This document shows, in pieces, positions 30,001 through 45,400 of a stretch of 64,000 bases of DNA. Each line of letters begins with the position of its first letter. The first letter of the stretch is position 1. The notes beneath the pieces were generated by a model. The model was not told the origin of the DNA. It saw only the letters and a list, made by a program, of their open reading frames with translations, and made no database searches. Made by a program: the position numbers and the translations under genes. Where the stretch lies: NCBI GenBank assembly GCA_964247055.1, contig OZ176058.1, positions 3,844,001 to 3,908,000 on the forward strand. The letters are read 5' to 3'. Source of the DNA: Paragordius varius (lineage: Eukaryota; Animalia; Nematomorpha).

Positions 30001-33000
30001 TTTCCAACAATCAAAATATGATGCCCAATAGCTTTTTAGTGTTTCCAACAATCAAACATATATTTGCACAATCAAATAATTTTTACAACAATCAAAATAT
30101 GTTTTCTTTTAACTTTTTAGTGTTTCCAACAATCAAACATATATTTTCAACAATCAAATAATTTTTCCAACAATCAAAATATGTTGCCCATAGCTTTTTA
30201 GTATTTCCAACAATCAAACATATATTTTTAACAATCAAATAATTTTTCCAACAATCAAATTATGTTGTCTTTTAACTTTTTAGTGTTTCCAACAATCAAA
30301 CATATATTTTCAACAATCAAATAATTTTTCCAACAATCAAAATATGATGCCCAATAGCTTTTTAGTGTTTCCAACAATCAAACATATATTTGCACAATCA
30401 AATAATTTTTACAACAATCAAATTATGTTGTCTTTTAACTTTTTAGTGTTTCCAACAATCAAACATATATTTGCACAATCAAATAATTTTTCCAACAATC
30501 AAAATATGTTGCCTAATAGCTTTTTAGTATTTCCAACAATCAAACATATTTTAACATTCAAATAATTTTTCCAACAATCAAATTATGTTGTCTTTTAACT
30601 TTTTAGTGTTTGCAACAATCAAACATATATTTTCAACACTCAAATAATTTTTCCCACAATCAATATATGTTGCCCAATAGTTTTTATTGTTTCCAACAAT
30701 CAAACATATATTTTCAACAATCAAATAATTTTTCAAACAATCAATATATGTTGCCCAATAGCTTTTTAGTGTTTCCAACAATCAAACATATATTTTCAAC
30801 ACTCAAATAATTTTTCCCACAATCAATATATGTTGCCCAATAGTTTTTATTGTTTCCAACAATCAAACATATATTTTCAACAATCAAATAATTTTTCAAA
30901 CAATCAAATTATGTTGCCCAATAGCTTTTTAGTATTTCCAACAATCAAACATATATTTTTAACAATCAAATAATTTTTCCAACAATCAAATTATGTTATC
31001 TTTTAACTTTTTAGTGTTTCCAACAATCAAACATATATTTTCAACAATAAAATAATTTTTCCAACAATCAAAATATGATGCCCAATAGCTTTTTAGTGTT
31101 TCCAACAATCAAACATATATTTGCACAATCAAATAATTTTTACAACAATCAAAATATGTTTTCTTTTAACTTTTTAGTGTTTCCAACAATCAAACATATA
31201 TTTTCAACAATCGAATATTTTTTCCAACAATCAAAATATGTTGCCCAATAGCTTTTTATTGTTTCCAACAATCAAACATATATTTTCAACAATCAAATAA
31301 TTTTTCAAACAATCAAAATATGTTGCCCAATAGTTTTATAGTGTTTCCAACAATCAAACATATATTTTCAACAATCAAATAATTTTTCAAAATATCAAAA
31401 TATGTTGCCCAACAGCTTTTTAGTGTTTCTAACAATTAAACATATATTTTTAACAATCAAATAATTTTTCAAACAATCAAAATATGTTGCCCAATAGCTT
31501 TTTAGTGTTTCCAACAATCAAACATATATTTTCAAAAATCAAATAATTTTTCCAACAATCAAAATATGTTGCCCAATAGCTTTTTAGTGTTTCCAACAAT
31601 CAAACATATATTTTCTACAATCAAATAATTTTTCCAACAATCAAAATATGTTGCCTAATAGCTTTTTAGTATTTCCAACAATCAAACATATTTTAACATT
31701 CAAATAATTTTTCCAACAATCAAATTATGTTGTCTTTTAACTTTTTAGTGTTTCCAACAATCAAACATATATTTTCAACACTCAAATAATTTTTCCCACA
31801 ATCAATATATGTTGCCCAATAGTTTTTATTGTTTCCAACAATCAAACATATATTTTCAACAATCAAATAATTTTTCAAACAATCAATATATGTTGCCCAA
31901 TAGCTTTTTAGTGTTTCCAACAATCAAACATATATTTTCAACAATCAAATAATTTTTTCAACAATCAAAATATGTTGCCCAATAGCTTTTTAGTGTTTCC
32001 AACAATCAAACATATATTTTCAACAATCAAATTATTTTTTCAACAATCAAATTATGTTGTCTAATAGCTTTTTAGTATTTCCAACTATCAAACATATTTT
32101 AACATTCAAATAATTTTTCCAACAATCAAAATATGATGCCCAATAGCTTTTTAGTGTTTCCAACAATCAAACATATATTTTCAACAATCAAATTATTTTT
32201 TCAACAATCAAATTATGTTGTCTTTTAAATTTTTAGTGTTTCCAACAATCAAACATATATTTGCACAATCGAATATTTTTTCCAACAATCAAAATATGTT
32301 GCCCAATAGCTTTTTATTGTTTCCAACAATCAAACATTTATTTTCAACAATCAAATAATTTTTCAAACAATCAAAATATGTTGCCCAATAGCTTTTTAGT
32401 GTTTCCAACAATCAAACATATATTTTCAACAATCAAATAATTTTTCCAACAATCAAAATATGCCCAATATCATTTAGTATTTCCAACAATCAAACATATA
32501 TTTTCAACAATCAAATAATTTTTCCAACAATCAAAACATGTTTTCTTTTAACTTTTTAGTGTTTCCAACAATCAAACATATATTTTCAACAATCAAATAA
32601 TTTTTCCAACAATCAAAATATGATGCCCAATAGCTTTTTAGTGTTTCCAACAATCAAACATATATTTTCAACAATCAAATTATTTTTTCAACAATCAAAT
32701 TATGTTGTCTTTTAAATTTTTAGTGTTTCCAACAATCAAACATATATTTGCACAATCGAATATTTTTTCCAACAATCAAAATATGTTGCCCAATAGCTTT
32801 TTAGTGTTTCCAACAATCAAACATATATTTTCAACAATCAAATAATTTTTCCAACAATCAAAATATGTTGACCAATAGCATTTAGTATTTCCAACAATCA
32901 AACATATATTTTCAACAATCAAATAATTTTTTCAACAATCAAAATATGTTTTCTTTTAACTTAGTGTTTCCAACAATCAAACATATATTTTCAACAATCA

Positions 33001-33450
33001 AATAATTTTTCCAACAATCAAAATATGATGCCCAATAGCTTTTTAGTGTTTCCAACAATCAAACATATATTTGCACAATCAAATAATTTTTACAACAATC
33101 AAAATATGTTTTCTTTTAACTTTTTAGTGTTTCCAACAATCAAACATATATTTTCAACAATCAAATAATTTTTCCAACAATCAAAATATGTTGCCCATAG
33201 CTTTTTAGTATTTCCAACAATCAAACATATATTTTTAACAATCAAATAATTTTTCCAACAATCAAATTATGTTGTCTTTTAACTTTTTAGTGTTTCCAAC
33301 AATCAAACATATATTTTCAACAATCAAATAATTTTTCCAACAATCAAAATATGATGCCCAATAGCTTTTTAGTGTTTCCAACAATCAAACATATATTTGC
33401 ACAATCAAATAATTTTTACAACAATCAAATTATGTTGTCTTTTAACTTTT
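24100..33450 (+). repeat. ~2.9-3.4-kb (~36-monomer) higher-order repeat, three near-identical copies
   Basis: Marker GCCCAATATCATTTAG at 26,038, 29,455 and 32,462. Identical spurious 67-aa ORFs at 24,235, 27,161 and 30,578. Spacings 2,926, 3,417 and 3,007. Boundaries approximate. Confidence 0.88.
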
Positions 33451-36400
33451 TAGTGTTTCCAACAATCAAACATATATTTTCAACAATCAAATAATTTTTC
33501 AAACAATCAAAATATGTTGCCCAATAGCTTTTTAGTGTTTCCAACAATCAAACATATATTTTCAACAATCAAATAATTTTTCAAAATATCAAAATATGTT
33601 GCCCAACAGCTTTTTAGTGTTTCTAACAATTAAACATATATTTTCAACAATCAAATAATTTTTCAAACAATCAAAATATGTTGCCCAATAGCTTTTTAGT
33701 GTTTCCAACAATCAAACATATATTTTCAAAAATCAAATAATTTTTCGAACAATCAAAATATGTTGCTCAATAGCTTTTTAGTGTTTCCAACAATCAAACA
33801 TATATTTTCTACAATCAAATAATTTTTCCAACAATCAAAATATGTTGCCTAATAGCTTTTTAGTTTTCCAACAATCAAACATATTTTAACATTCAAATAA
33901 TTTTTCCAACAATCAAATTATGTTGTCTTTTAACATTTTAGTGTTTCCAACAATCAAACATATATTTTCAACAATCAAATAAATTCTCCAACAATCAAAA
34001 TGTGATGCCCAATGTTTCCAACAATCAAACATATATTTTCAAAAATCAAATAATTTTTCCAACAATCAAAATATGTTGCCCAATAGCTTTTTAGTGTTTC
34101 CAACAATCAAACATATATTTTCAACAATCAAATTATTTTTTCAACAATCAAATTATGTTGTCTTTTAAATTTTTAGTGTTTCCAACAATCAAACATATAT
34201 TTGCACAATCGAATATTTTTTCCAACAATCAAAATATGTTGCCCAATAGCTTTTTATTGTTTCTAACAATTAAACATATATTTTCAACAATCAAATAATT
34301 TTTCAAACAATCAAAATATGTTGCCCAATAGCTTTTTAGTGTTTCCAACAATCAAACATATATTTTCAACAATCAAATAATTTTTCCAACAATCAAAATT
34401 GCCCAATAGCTTTTTAGTGTTTCCAACAATCAAACATATATTTTCAACAATCAAATTATTTTTTCAACAATCAAATTATGTTTTTTAAATTTTTAGTGTT
34501 TCCAACAATCAAACATATATTTGCACAATCGAATATTTTTTCCAACAATCAAAATATGTTGCCCAATAGCTTTTTATTGTTTCCAACAATCAAACATATA
34601 TTTTCAACAATCAAATGATTTTTCAAACAATCAAAATATGTTGCCCAATAGCTTTTTAGTTCCAACAATCAAACATATATTTTTAACAATCAAATAATTT
34701 TTCCAACAATCAAAATATGTTGCCCAATAGCATTTAGTATTTCCAACAATCAAACATATATTTTCAACAATCAAATAATTTTTCCAACAATCAAAATATG
34801 TTTTCTTTTAACTTTTTAGTGTTTCCAACAATCAAACATATATTTTCAACAATCAAATAATTTTTCCAACAATCAAAATATGATGCCCAATAGCTTTTTA
34901 GTGTTTCCAACAATCAAACATATATTTGCATAATCAAATAATTTTTACAACAATCAAAATATGTTTTCTTTTAACTTTTTAGTGTTTCCAACAATCAAAC
35001 ATATATTTTCAACAATCGAATATTTTTTCCAACAATCAAAATATGTTGCCCAATAACTTTTTATTGTTTCCAACAATCAAACATATATTTTCACCAATCA
35101 AATAATTTTTCAAACAATCAAAATATGTTGCCCAATAGCTTTTTAGTGTTTCCAACAATCAAACATATATTTTCAACAATCAAATAATTTTTCCAACAAT
35201 CAAAATATGTTGCCCAATAGCATTTAGTATTTCCAACAATCAAATAATTTTTCCAACAATCAAAATATGTTTTCTTTTAACTTTTTAATGTTTCCAACAA
35301 TCAAACATATATTTTCAACAATCAAATAATTTTTCAAACAATCAAAATATGTTGCCCAATAGCTTTTTATTGTTTCCAACAATCAAACATATATTTCCAA
35401 AAATCAAATGATTTTTCAAACAATCAAAATATGTTGCCCAATAGCTTTTTAGTATTTCCAACAATCAAACATATATTTTTAACAATCAAATAATTTATCC
35501 AACAATCAAATTATGTTGTCTTTTAACTTTTTAGTGTTTCCAACAATCAAACATATATTTTCAACAATCAAATAATTTTACCAACAATCAAAATATGATA
35601 CCCAAAGGCTTTTTAGTGTTCCAACAATCAAACATATATTTGCACAATCAAATAATTTTTAAAACAATCAAAATATGTTTTCTTTTAACTTTTTATTGTT
35701 TCCAACAATCAAACATATATTTTCAACAATCAAATAATTTTTCAAACAATCAAAATATGTTGCCCAATAGCTTTTTAGTGTTTCCAACAATCAAACATAT
35801 ATTTTCAACAATCAAATAATTTTTCCAACAATCAAAATATGTTGCCCAATAGCATTTAGTATTTCCAACAATCAAACATATATTTTCAACAATCAAATAA
35901 TTTTTCCAACAATCAAAATATGTTTTCTTTTAACTTTTTAGTGTTTCCAACAATCAAACATATATTTTCAACAATCAAATAATTTTTCCAACAATCAAAA
36001 TATGATGCCCAATAGCTTTTTAGTGTTTCCAACAATCAAACATATATTTGCACAATCAAATAATTTTTACAACAATCAAAATATGTTTTCTTTTAACTTT
36101 TTAGTGTTTCCAACAATCAGACATATATTTTCAACAATCAAATAATTTTTCCAACAATCAAAATATGTTGCCCAATAGCTTTTTATTGTTTCCAACAATC
36201 AAACATATATTTTCAACAATCAAATGATTTTTCAAACAATCAAAATATGTTGCCCCATAGCTTTTTAGTATTTCCAACAATCAAACATATATTTTTAACA
36301 ATAAAATAATTTTTCCAACAATCAAATTATGTTGTCTTTTAACTTTTTAGTGTTTCCAACAATCAAACATATATTTTCAACAATCAAATAATTTTTCCAA

Positions 36401-39400
36401 CAATCAAAATATGATGCCCAATAGCTTTTTAGTGTTTCCAACAATCAAACATATATTTGCACAATCAAATAATTTTTACAACAATCAAAATATGTTTTCT
36501 TTTAACTTTTTAGTGTTTCCAACAATCAAACATATATTTTCAACAATCGAATATTTTTTCCAACAATCAAAATATGTTGCCCAATAGCTTTTTATTGTTT
36601 CCAACAATCAAACATATATTTTCACCAATCAAATAATTTTTCAAACAATCAAAATATGTTGCCCAATAGCTTTTTAGTGTTTCCAACAATCAAACATATA
36701 TTTTCAACAATCAAATAATTTTTCCAACAATCAAAATATGTTGCCCAATAGCATTTAGTATTTCCAACAATCAAATAATTTTTCCAACAATCAAAATATG
36801 TTTTCTTTTAACTTTTTAATGTTTCCAACAATCAAACATATATTTTCAACAATCAAATAATTTTTCCAACAATCAAAATATGTTGCCCAATAGCTTTTTA
36901 TTGTTTCCAACAATCAAACATATATTTCCAACAATCAAATGATTTTTCAAACAATCAAAATATGTTGCCCAATAGCTTTTTAGTATTTCCAACAATCAAA
37001 CATATATTTTTAACAATCAAATAATTTATCCAACAATCAAATTATGTTGTCTTTTAACTTTTTAGTGTTTCCAACAATCAAACATATATTTTCAACAATC
37101 AAATAATTTTACCAACAATCAAAATATGATGCCCAAAGGCTTTTTAGTGTTCCAACAATCAAACATATATTTGCACAATCAAATAATTTTTAAAACAATC
37201 AAAATATGTTTTCTTTTAACTTTTTATTGTTTCCAACAATCAAACATATATTTTCAACAATCAAATAATTTTTCAAACAATCAAAATATGTTGCCCAATA
37301 GCTTTTTAGTGTTTCCAACAATCAAACATATATTTTCAACAATCAAATAATTTTTCCAACAATCAAAATATGTTGCCCAATAGCTTTTTAGTGTTTCCAA
37401 CAATCAAACATATATTTTAAACAATCAAATAATTTTTCCAACAATCAAAATATGTTGCCCGTTAGCTTTTTAGTGTTTCTAACAATCAAACATATATTTT
37501 CAACAATCAAATTATTTTTTCAACAATCAAATTATGTTGTCTTTTAAATTTTAGTGTTTTCAACAATCAAACATATATTTGCACAATCGAATATTTTTTC
37601 CAACAATCAAAATATGTTGCCCAATAGCAATTGTTTCCAACAATCAAACATATATTTTCAACAATCAAATAATTTTTCAAACAATCAAAATATGTTGCTA
37701 AATAGGTTTTTAGTGTTTCCAACAATAAAACATATATTTTCACAATCAAATAATTTTTCCAACAATCAAAATATGTTGCCCAATAGCATTTAGTATTTCC
37801 AACAATCAAACATATATTTTCAACAATCAAATAATTTTTTCAACAATCAAAATATGTTTTCTTTTAACTTAATGTTTCCAACAATCAAACATATATTTTC
37901 AACAATCAAATAATTTTTCCAACAATCAAAATATGATGCCCAATAGCTTTTTAGTGTTTCCAACAATCAAACATATATTTGCACAATCAAATAATTTTTA
38001 CAACAATCAAAATATGTTTTCTTTTAACTTTTTAGTGTTTCCAACAATCAAACATATATTTTCAACAATCAAATAATTTTTCCAACAATCAAAATATGTT
38101 GCCCAATAGCTTTTTATTGTTTCCAACAATCAAACATATATTTTCAACAACCAAATGATTTTTCAAACAATCAAAATATGTTGCCCAATAGCTTTTTAGT
38201 ATTTCCAACAATCAAACATATATTTTAAACAATCAAATAATTTTTCCAACAATCAAATTATGTTGTCTTTTAACTTTTTTGTTTCCAACAATCAAACATA
38301 TATTTTCAACAATCAAATAAATTCTCCAACAATCAAAATATGATGCCCAATAGCTTTTTAGTGTTTCCAACAATCAAACATGTATTTTCAACACTCAAAT
38401 AATTTTTCCCACAATCAAAATATGTTGCCCAATAGCTTTTTAGTGTTTCCAACAATCAAACATATATTTTCAACAATCAAATAATTTTTCCAACAATCAA
38501 AATATGTTGCCCAATAGCTTTTTAGTGTTTCCAACAATCAAACATATATTTTCAACAATCAAATTATTTTTTCGACAATCAAATTATGTTGTCATTTAAA
38601 TTTTTAGTGTTTCCAACAATCAAACATTCAACAATCAAATAATTTTTCAAACAATCAAAATATGTTCCCCAATAGCTTTTTAGTATTTCCAACAATCAAA
38701 CATATATTTTTAACAATCAAATAATTTTTCCAATAATCAAAATATGTTGCCCAATAGCATTTAGTATTTCCAACAATCAAACATATATTTTCAACAATCA
38801 AATAATTTTTCCAACAATCAAAATATGTTTTCTTTTAACTTTTTAGTGTTTCCAACAATCAAACATTTATTTTCAACAATCAAATAATTTTTCCAACAAT
38901 CAAAATATGATGCCCAATAGCTTTTTAGTGTTTCCAACAATCAAACATATATTTGCACAATCAAATAATTTTTACAACAATCAAAATATGTTTTCTTTTA
39001 ACTTTTTAGTGTTTCCAACAATCAAACATATATTTTCAACTATCAAATAATTTTTCCAACAATCAAAATATGTTGCCCAATAGCTTTTTATTGTTTCCAA
39101 CAATCAAACATATATTTTCAACAATCAAATGATTTTTCAAACAATCAAAATATGTTGCCCAATAGCATTTTAGTATTTCCAACAATCAAACATATATTTT
39201 TAACAATCAAATAATTTTTCCAACAATCAAATTATGTTGTCTTTTAACTTTTTAGTGTTTCCAACAATCAAACATATATTTTCAACAACCAAATAATTTT
39301 TCCAACAATCAAAATATGATGCCCAATAGTTTTTAGTGTTTCCAACAATCAAACATATATTTGCACAATCAAATAATTTTTACAACAATCAAAATATGTT

Positions 39401-42400
39401 TTCTTTTAACTTTTTAGTGTTTCCAACAATCAAACATATATTTCCAACAATCGAATATTTTTTCCAACAATCAAAATATGTTGCCCAATAGCTTTTTATT
39501 GTTTCCAACAATCAAACATATATTTTCAACAATCAAATAATTTTTCCAACAATCAAAATATGTTGCCCAATAGCATTTAGTATTTCCAACAATCAAAATA
39601 TGTTTTCTTTTAACTTTTTAGTGTTTCCAACAATCAAACATATATTTTCAACAATCAAATAATTTTTCCAACAATCAAAATATGTTGCCCAATAGCTTTT
39701 TATTGTTTCCAACAATCAAACATTAATTTTCAACAATCAAATGATTTTTCAAACAATCAAAATATGTTGCCCAATAGCTTTTTAGTGTTTCCAACAATCA
39801 AACATATATTTTCAACAATCAAATTATTTTTTCGACAATCAAATTATGTTGTCATTTAAATTTTTAGTGTTTCCAACAATCAAACATATATTTTCAACAA
39901 TCAAATAATTTTTCAAACAATCAAAATATGTTCCCCAATAGCTTTTTAGTATTTCCAACAATCAAACATATATTTTTAACAATCAAATAATTTTTCCAAT
40001 AATCAAAATATGTTGCCCAATAGCATTTAGTATTTCCAACAATCAAACATATATTTTCAACAATCAAATAATTTTTCCAACAATCAAAATATGTTTTCTT
40101 TTAACTTTTTAGTGTTTCCAACAATCAAACATTTATTTTCAACAATCAAATAATTTTTCCAACAATCAAAATATGATGCCCAATAGCTTTTTAGTGTTTC
40201 CAACAATCAAACATATATTTGCACAATCAAATAATTTTTACAACAATCAAAATATGTTTTCTTTTAACTTTTTAGTGTTTCCAACAATCAGACATATATT
40301 TTCAACAATCAAATAATTTTTCCAACAATCAAAATATGTTGCCCAATAGCTTTTTATTGTTTCCAACAATCAAACATTAATTTTCAACAATTAAATGATT
40401 TTTCAAACAATCAAAATATGTTGCCCAATAGCATTTTAGTATTTCCAACAATCAAACATATATTTTTAACAATCAAATAATTTTTCCAACAATCAAATTA
40501 TGTTGTCTTTTAACTTTTTAGTGTTTCCAACAATCAAACATATATTTTCAACAATCAAATAATTTTTCCAACAATCAAAATATGATGCCCAATAGCTTTT
40601 TAGTGTTTCCAACAATCAAACATATATTTACACAATCAAATAATTTTTACAACAATCAAAATATGTTTTATTTTAACTTTTTAGTGTTTCCAACAATCAA
40701 ACATATATTTCCAACAATCGAATATTTTTTCCAACAATCAAAATATGTTGCCCAATAGCTTTTTATTGTTTCCAACAATCAAACATATATTTTCAACAAT
40801 CAAATAATTTTTCCAACAATCAAAATATGTTGCCCAATAGCATTTAGTATTTCCAACAATCAAATAATTTTTCCAACAATCAAATTATGTTGTCTTTTAA
40901 CTTTTTAGTGTTTCCAACAATCAAACATATATTTTCAACAATCAAATAATTTTACCAACAATCAAAATATGATGCCCAAAGGCTTTTTAGTGTTCCAACA
41001 ATCAAACATATATTTGCACAATCAAATAATTTTTAAAACAATCAAAATATGTTTTCTTTTAACTTTTTATTGTTTCCAACAATCAAACATATATTTTCAA
41101 CAATCAAATAATTTTTCAAACAATCAAAATATGTTGCCCAATAGCTTATTAGTGTTTCCAACAATCAAACATATATTTTCAACAATCAAATAATTTTTCC
41201 AACAATCAAAATATGTTGCCCAATAGCTTTTTAGTGTTTCCAACAATCAAACATATATTTTAAACAATCAAATAATTTTTCCAACAATCAAAATATGTTG
41301 CCCGTTAGCTTTTTAGTGTTTCTAACAATCAAACATATATTTTCAACAATCAAATTATTTTTTCAACAATCAAATTATGTTGTCTTTTAAATTTTAGTGT
41401 TTTCAACAATCAAACATATATTTGCACAATCGAATATTTTTTCCAACAATCAAAATATGTTGCCCAATAGCTTTTTATTGTTTCCAACAATCAAACATAT
41501 ATTTTCAACAATCAAATAATTTTTCAAACAATCAAAATATGTTGCTAAATAGGTTTTTAGTGTTTCCAACAATAAAACATATATTTTCACAATCAAATAA
41601 TTTTTCCAACAATCAAAATATGTTGCCCAATAGCATTTAGTATTTCCAACAATCAAACATATATTTTCAACAATCAAATAATTTTTTCAACAATCAAAAT
41701 ATGTTTTCTTTTAACTTAATGTTTCCAACAATCAAACATATATTTTCAACAATCAAATAATTTTTCCAACAATCAAAATATGATGCCCAATAGCTTTTTA
41801 GTGTTTCCAACAATCAAACATATATTTGCACAATCAAATAATTTTTACAACAATCAAAATATGTTTTCTTTTAACTTTTTAGTGTTTCCAACAATCAAAC
41901 ATATATTTTCAACAATCAAATAATTTTTCCAACAATCAAAATATGTTGCCCAATAGCTTTTTATTGTTTCCAACAATCAAACATATATTTTCAACAACCA
42001 AATGATTTTTCAAACAATCAAAATATGTTGCCCAATAGCTTTTTAGTATTTCCAACAATCAAACATATATTTTAAACAATCAAATAATTTTTCCAACAAT
42101 CAAATTATGTTGTCTTTTAACTTTTTTGTTTCCAACAATCAAACATATATTTTCAACAATCAAATAAATTCTCCAACAATCAAAATATGATGCCCAATAG
42201 CTTTTTAGTGTTTCCAACAATCAAACATGTATTTTCAACACTCAAATAATTTTTCCCACAATCAAAATATGTTGCCCAATAGCTTTTTAGTGTTTCCAAC
42301 AATCAAACATATATTTTCAACAATCAAATAATTTTTCCAACAATCAAAATATGTTGCCCAATAGCTTTTTAGTGTTTCCAACAATCAAACATATATTTTC

Positions 42401-45400
42401 AACAATCAAATTATTTTTTCGACAATCAAATTATGTTGTCATTTAAATTTTTAGTGTTTCCAACAATCAAACATTCAACAATCAAATAATTTTTCAAACA
42501 ATCAAAATATGTTCCCCAATAGCTTTTTAGTATTTCCAACAATCAAACATATATTTTTAACAATCAAATAATTTTTCCAATAATCAAAATATGTTGCCCA
42601 ATAGCATTTAGTATTTCCAACAATCAAACATATATTTTCAACAATCAAATAATTTTTCCAACAATCAAAATATGTTTTCTTTTAACTTTTTAGTGTTTCC
42701 AACAATCAAACATTTATTTTCAACAATCAAATAATTTTTCCAACAATCAAAATATGATGCCCAATAGCTTTTTAGTGTTTCCAACAATCAAACATATATT
42801 TGCACAATCAAATAATTTTTACAACAATCAAAATATGTTTTCTTTTAACTTTTTAGTGTTTCCAACAATCAAACATATATTTTCAACTATCAAATAATTT
42901 TTCCAACAATCAAAATATGTTGCCCAATAGCTTTTTATTGTTTCCAACAATCAAACATATATTTTCAACAATCAAATGATTTTTCAAACAATCAAAATAT
43001 GTTGCCCAATAGCTTTTTAGTGTTTCCAACAATCAAACATATATTTGCACAATCAAATAATTTTTACAACAATCAAAATATGTTTTCTTTTAACTTTTTA
43101 GTGTTTCCAACAATCAAACATATATTTCCAACAATCGAATATTTTTTCCAACAATCAAAATATGTTGCCCAATAGCTTTTTATTGTTTCCAACAATCAAA
43201 CATATATTTTCAACAATCAAATAATTTTTCCAACAATCAAAATATGTTGCCCAATAGCATTTAGTATTTCCAACAATCAAAATATGTTTTCTTTTAACTT
43301 TTTAGTGTTTCCAACAATCAAACATATATTTTCAACAATCAAATAATTTTTCCAACAATCAAAATATGTTGCCCAATAGCTTTTTATTGTTTCCAACAAT
43401 CAAACATTAATTTTCAACAATCAAATGATTTTTCAAACAATCAAAATATGTTGCCCAATAGCTTTTTAGTATTTCCAACAATCAAACATATATTTTCAAC
43501 AACCAAATAATTTTTCCAACAATCAAAATATGTTTTCTTTTAACTTTTTAGTGTTTCCAACAATCAAACATTTATTTTCAACAATCAAATAATTTTTCCA
43601 ACAATCAAAATATGATGCCCAATAGCTTTTTAGTGTTTCCAACAATCAAACATATATTTGCACAATCAAATAATTTTTACAACAATCAAAATATGTTTTC
43701 TTTTAACTTTTTAGTGTTTCCAACAATCAGACATATATTTTCAACAATCAAATAATTTTTCCAACAATCAAAATATGTTGCCCAATAGCTTTTTATTGTT
43801 TCCAACAATCAAACATTAATTTTCAACAATTAAATGATTTTTCAAACAATCAAAATATGTTGCCCAATAGCATTTTAGTATTTCCAACAATCAAACATAT
43901 ATTTTTAACAATCAAATAATTTTTCCAACAATCAAATTATGTTGTCTTTTAACTTTTTAGTGTTTCCAACAATCAAACATATATTTTCAACAATCAAATA
44001 ATTTTTCCAACAATCAAAATATGATGCCCAATAGCTTTTTAGTGTTTCCAACAATCAAACATATATTTGCACAATCAAATAATTTTTACAACAATCAAAA
44101 TATGTTTTATTTTAACTTTTTAGTGTTTCCAACAATCAAACATATATTTCCAACAATCGAATATTTTTTCCAACAATCAAAATATGTTGCCCAATAGCTT
44201 TTTATTGTTTCCAACAATCAAACATATATTTTCAACAATCAAATAATTTTTCCAACAATCAAAATATGTTGCCCAATAGCATTTAGTATTTCCAACAATC
44301 AAATAATTTTTCCAACAATCAAAAAAAGTTTTCTTTTAACTTTTGAGTGTTTCCAACAATCAAACATATATTTTCAACAATCAAATAATTTTTCCAACAA
44401 TCAAAATATGTTGCCCAATAGCTTTTTATTGTTTCCAACAATCAAACATATATTTTCAACAATCAAATGATTTTTCAAACAATCAAAATATGTTGCCTAA
44501 TAGCTTTTTAGTATTTCCAACAATCAAACATATATTTTTAACAATCAAAAAATTTTTCCAACAATCAAATTATGTTGTCTTTTAACTTTTTAGTGTTTCC
44601 AACAATAAAACATATATTTTCAACAATCAAATAATTTTACCAACAATCAAAATATGATGCCCAATAGCTTTTTAGTGTTTCCAACAATCAAACATATATT
44701 TGCACAATCAAATAATTTTTACAACAATCAAAATATGTTTTCTTTTAACTTTTTAGTGTTTCCAACAATCAAACATATATTTCCAACAATCGAATATTTT
44801 TTCCAACAATCAAAATATGTTGCCCAATAGCTTTTTATTGTTTCCAACAATCAAACATATATTTTCAACAATCAAATAATTTTTCCAACAATCAAAATAT
44901 GTTGCCCAATAGCATTTAGTATTTCCAACAATCAAATAATTTTTCCAACAATCAAAATATGTTTTCTTTTATCTTTTTAGTGTTTCCAACAATCAAACAT
45001 ATATTTTCAACAATCAAATAATTTTTCCAACAATCAAAATATGTTGCCCAATAGCATTTAGTATTTCCAACAATCAAACATATATTTTCAACAATCAAAT
45101 AATTTTTCCAACAATCACAAAATGTTGCCCAATAGCTTTTTATTGTTTCCAACAATCAAACATATATTTTCAAAAATCAAATAATTTTTCAAACAATCAA
45201 AATATGTTGCCCAATAGCTTTTTAGTGTTTCCAACAATCAAACATATATTTTCAACATTCAAATAATTTTTCCAACAATCAAAATATGTTGCCCAATAGC
45301 ATTTAGTATTTCCAACAATCAAACATATATTTTCAACAATCAAATAATTTTTCCAACAATCACAAAATGTTGCCCAATAGCTTTTTATTGTTTCCAACAA

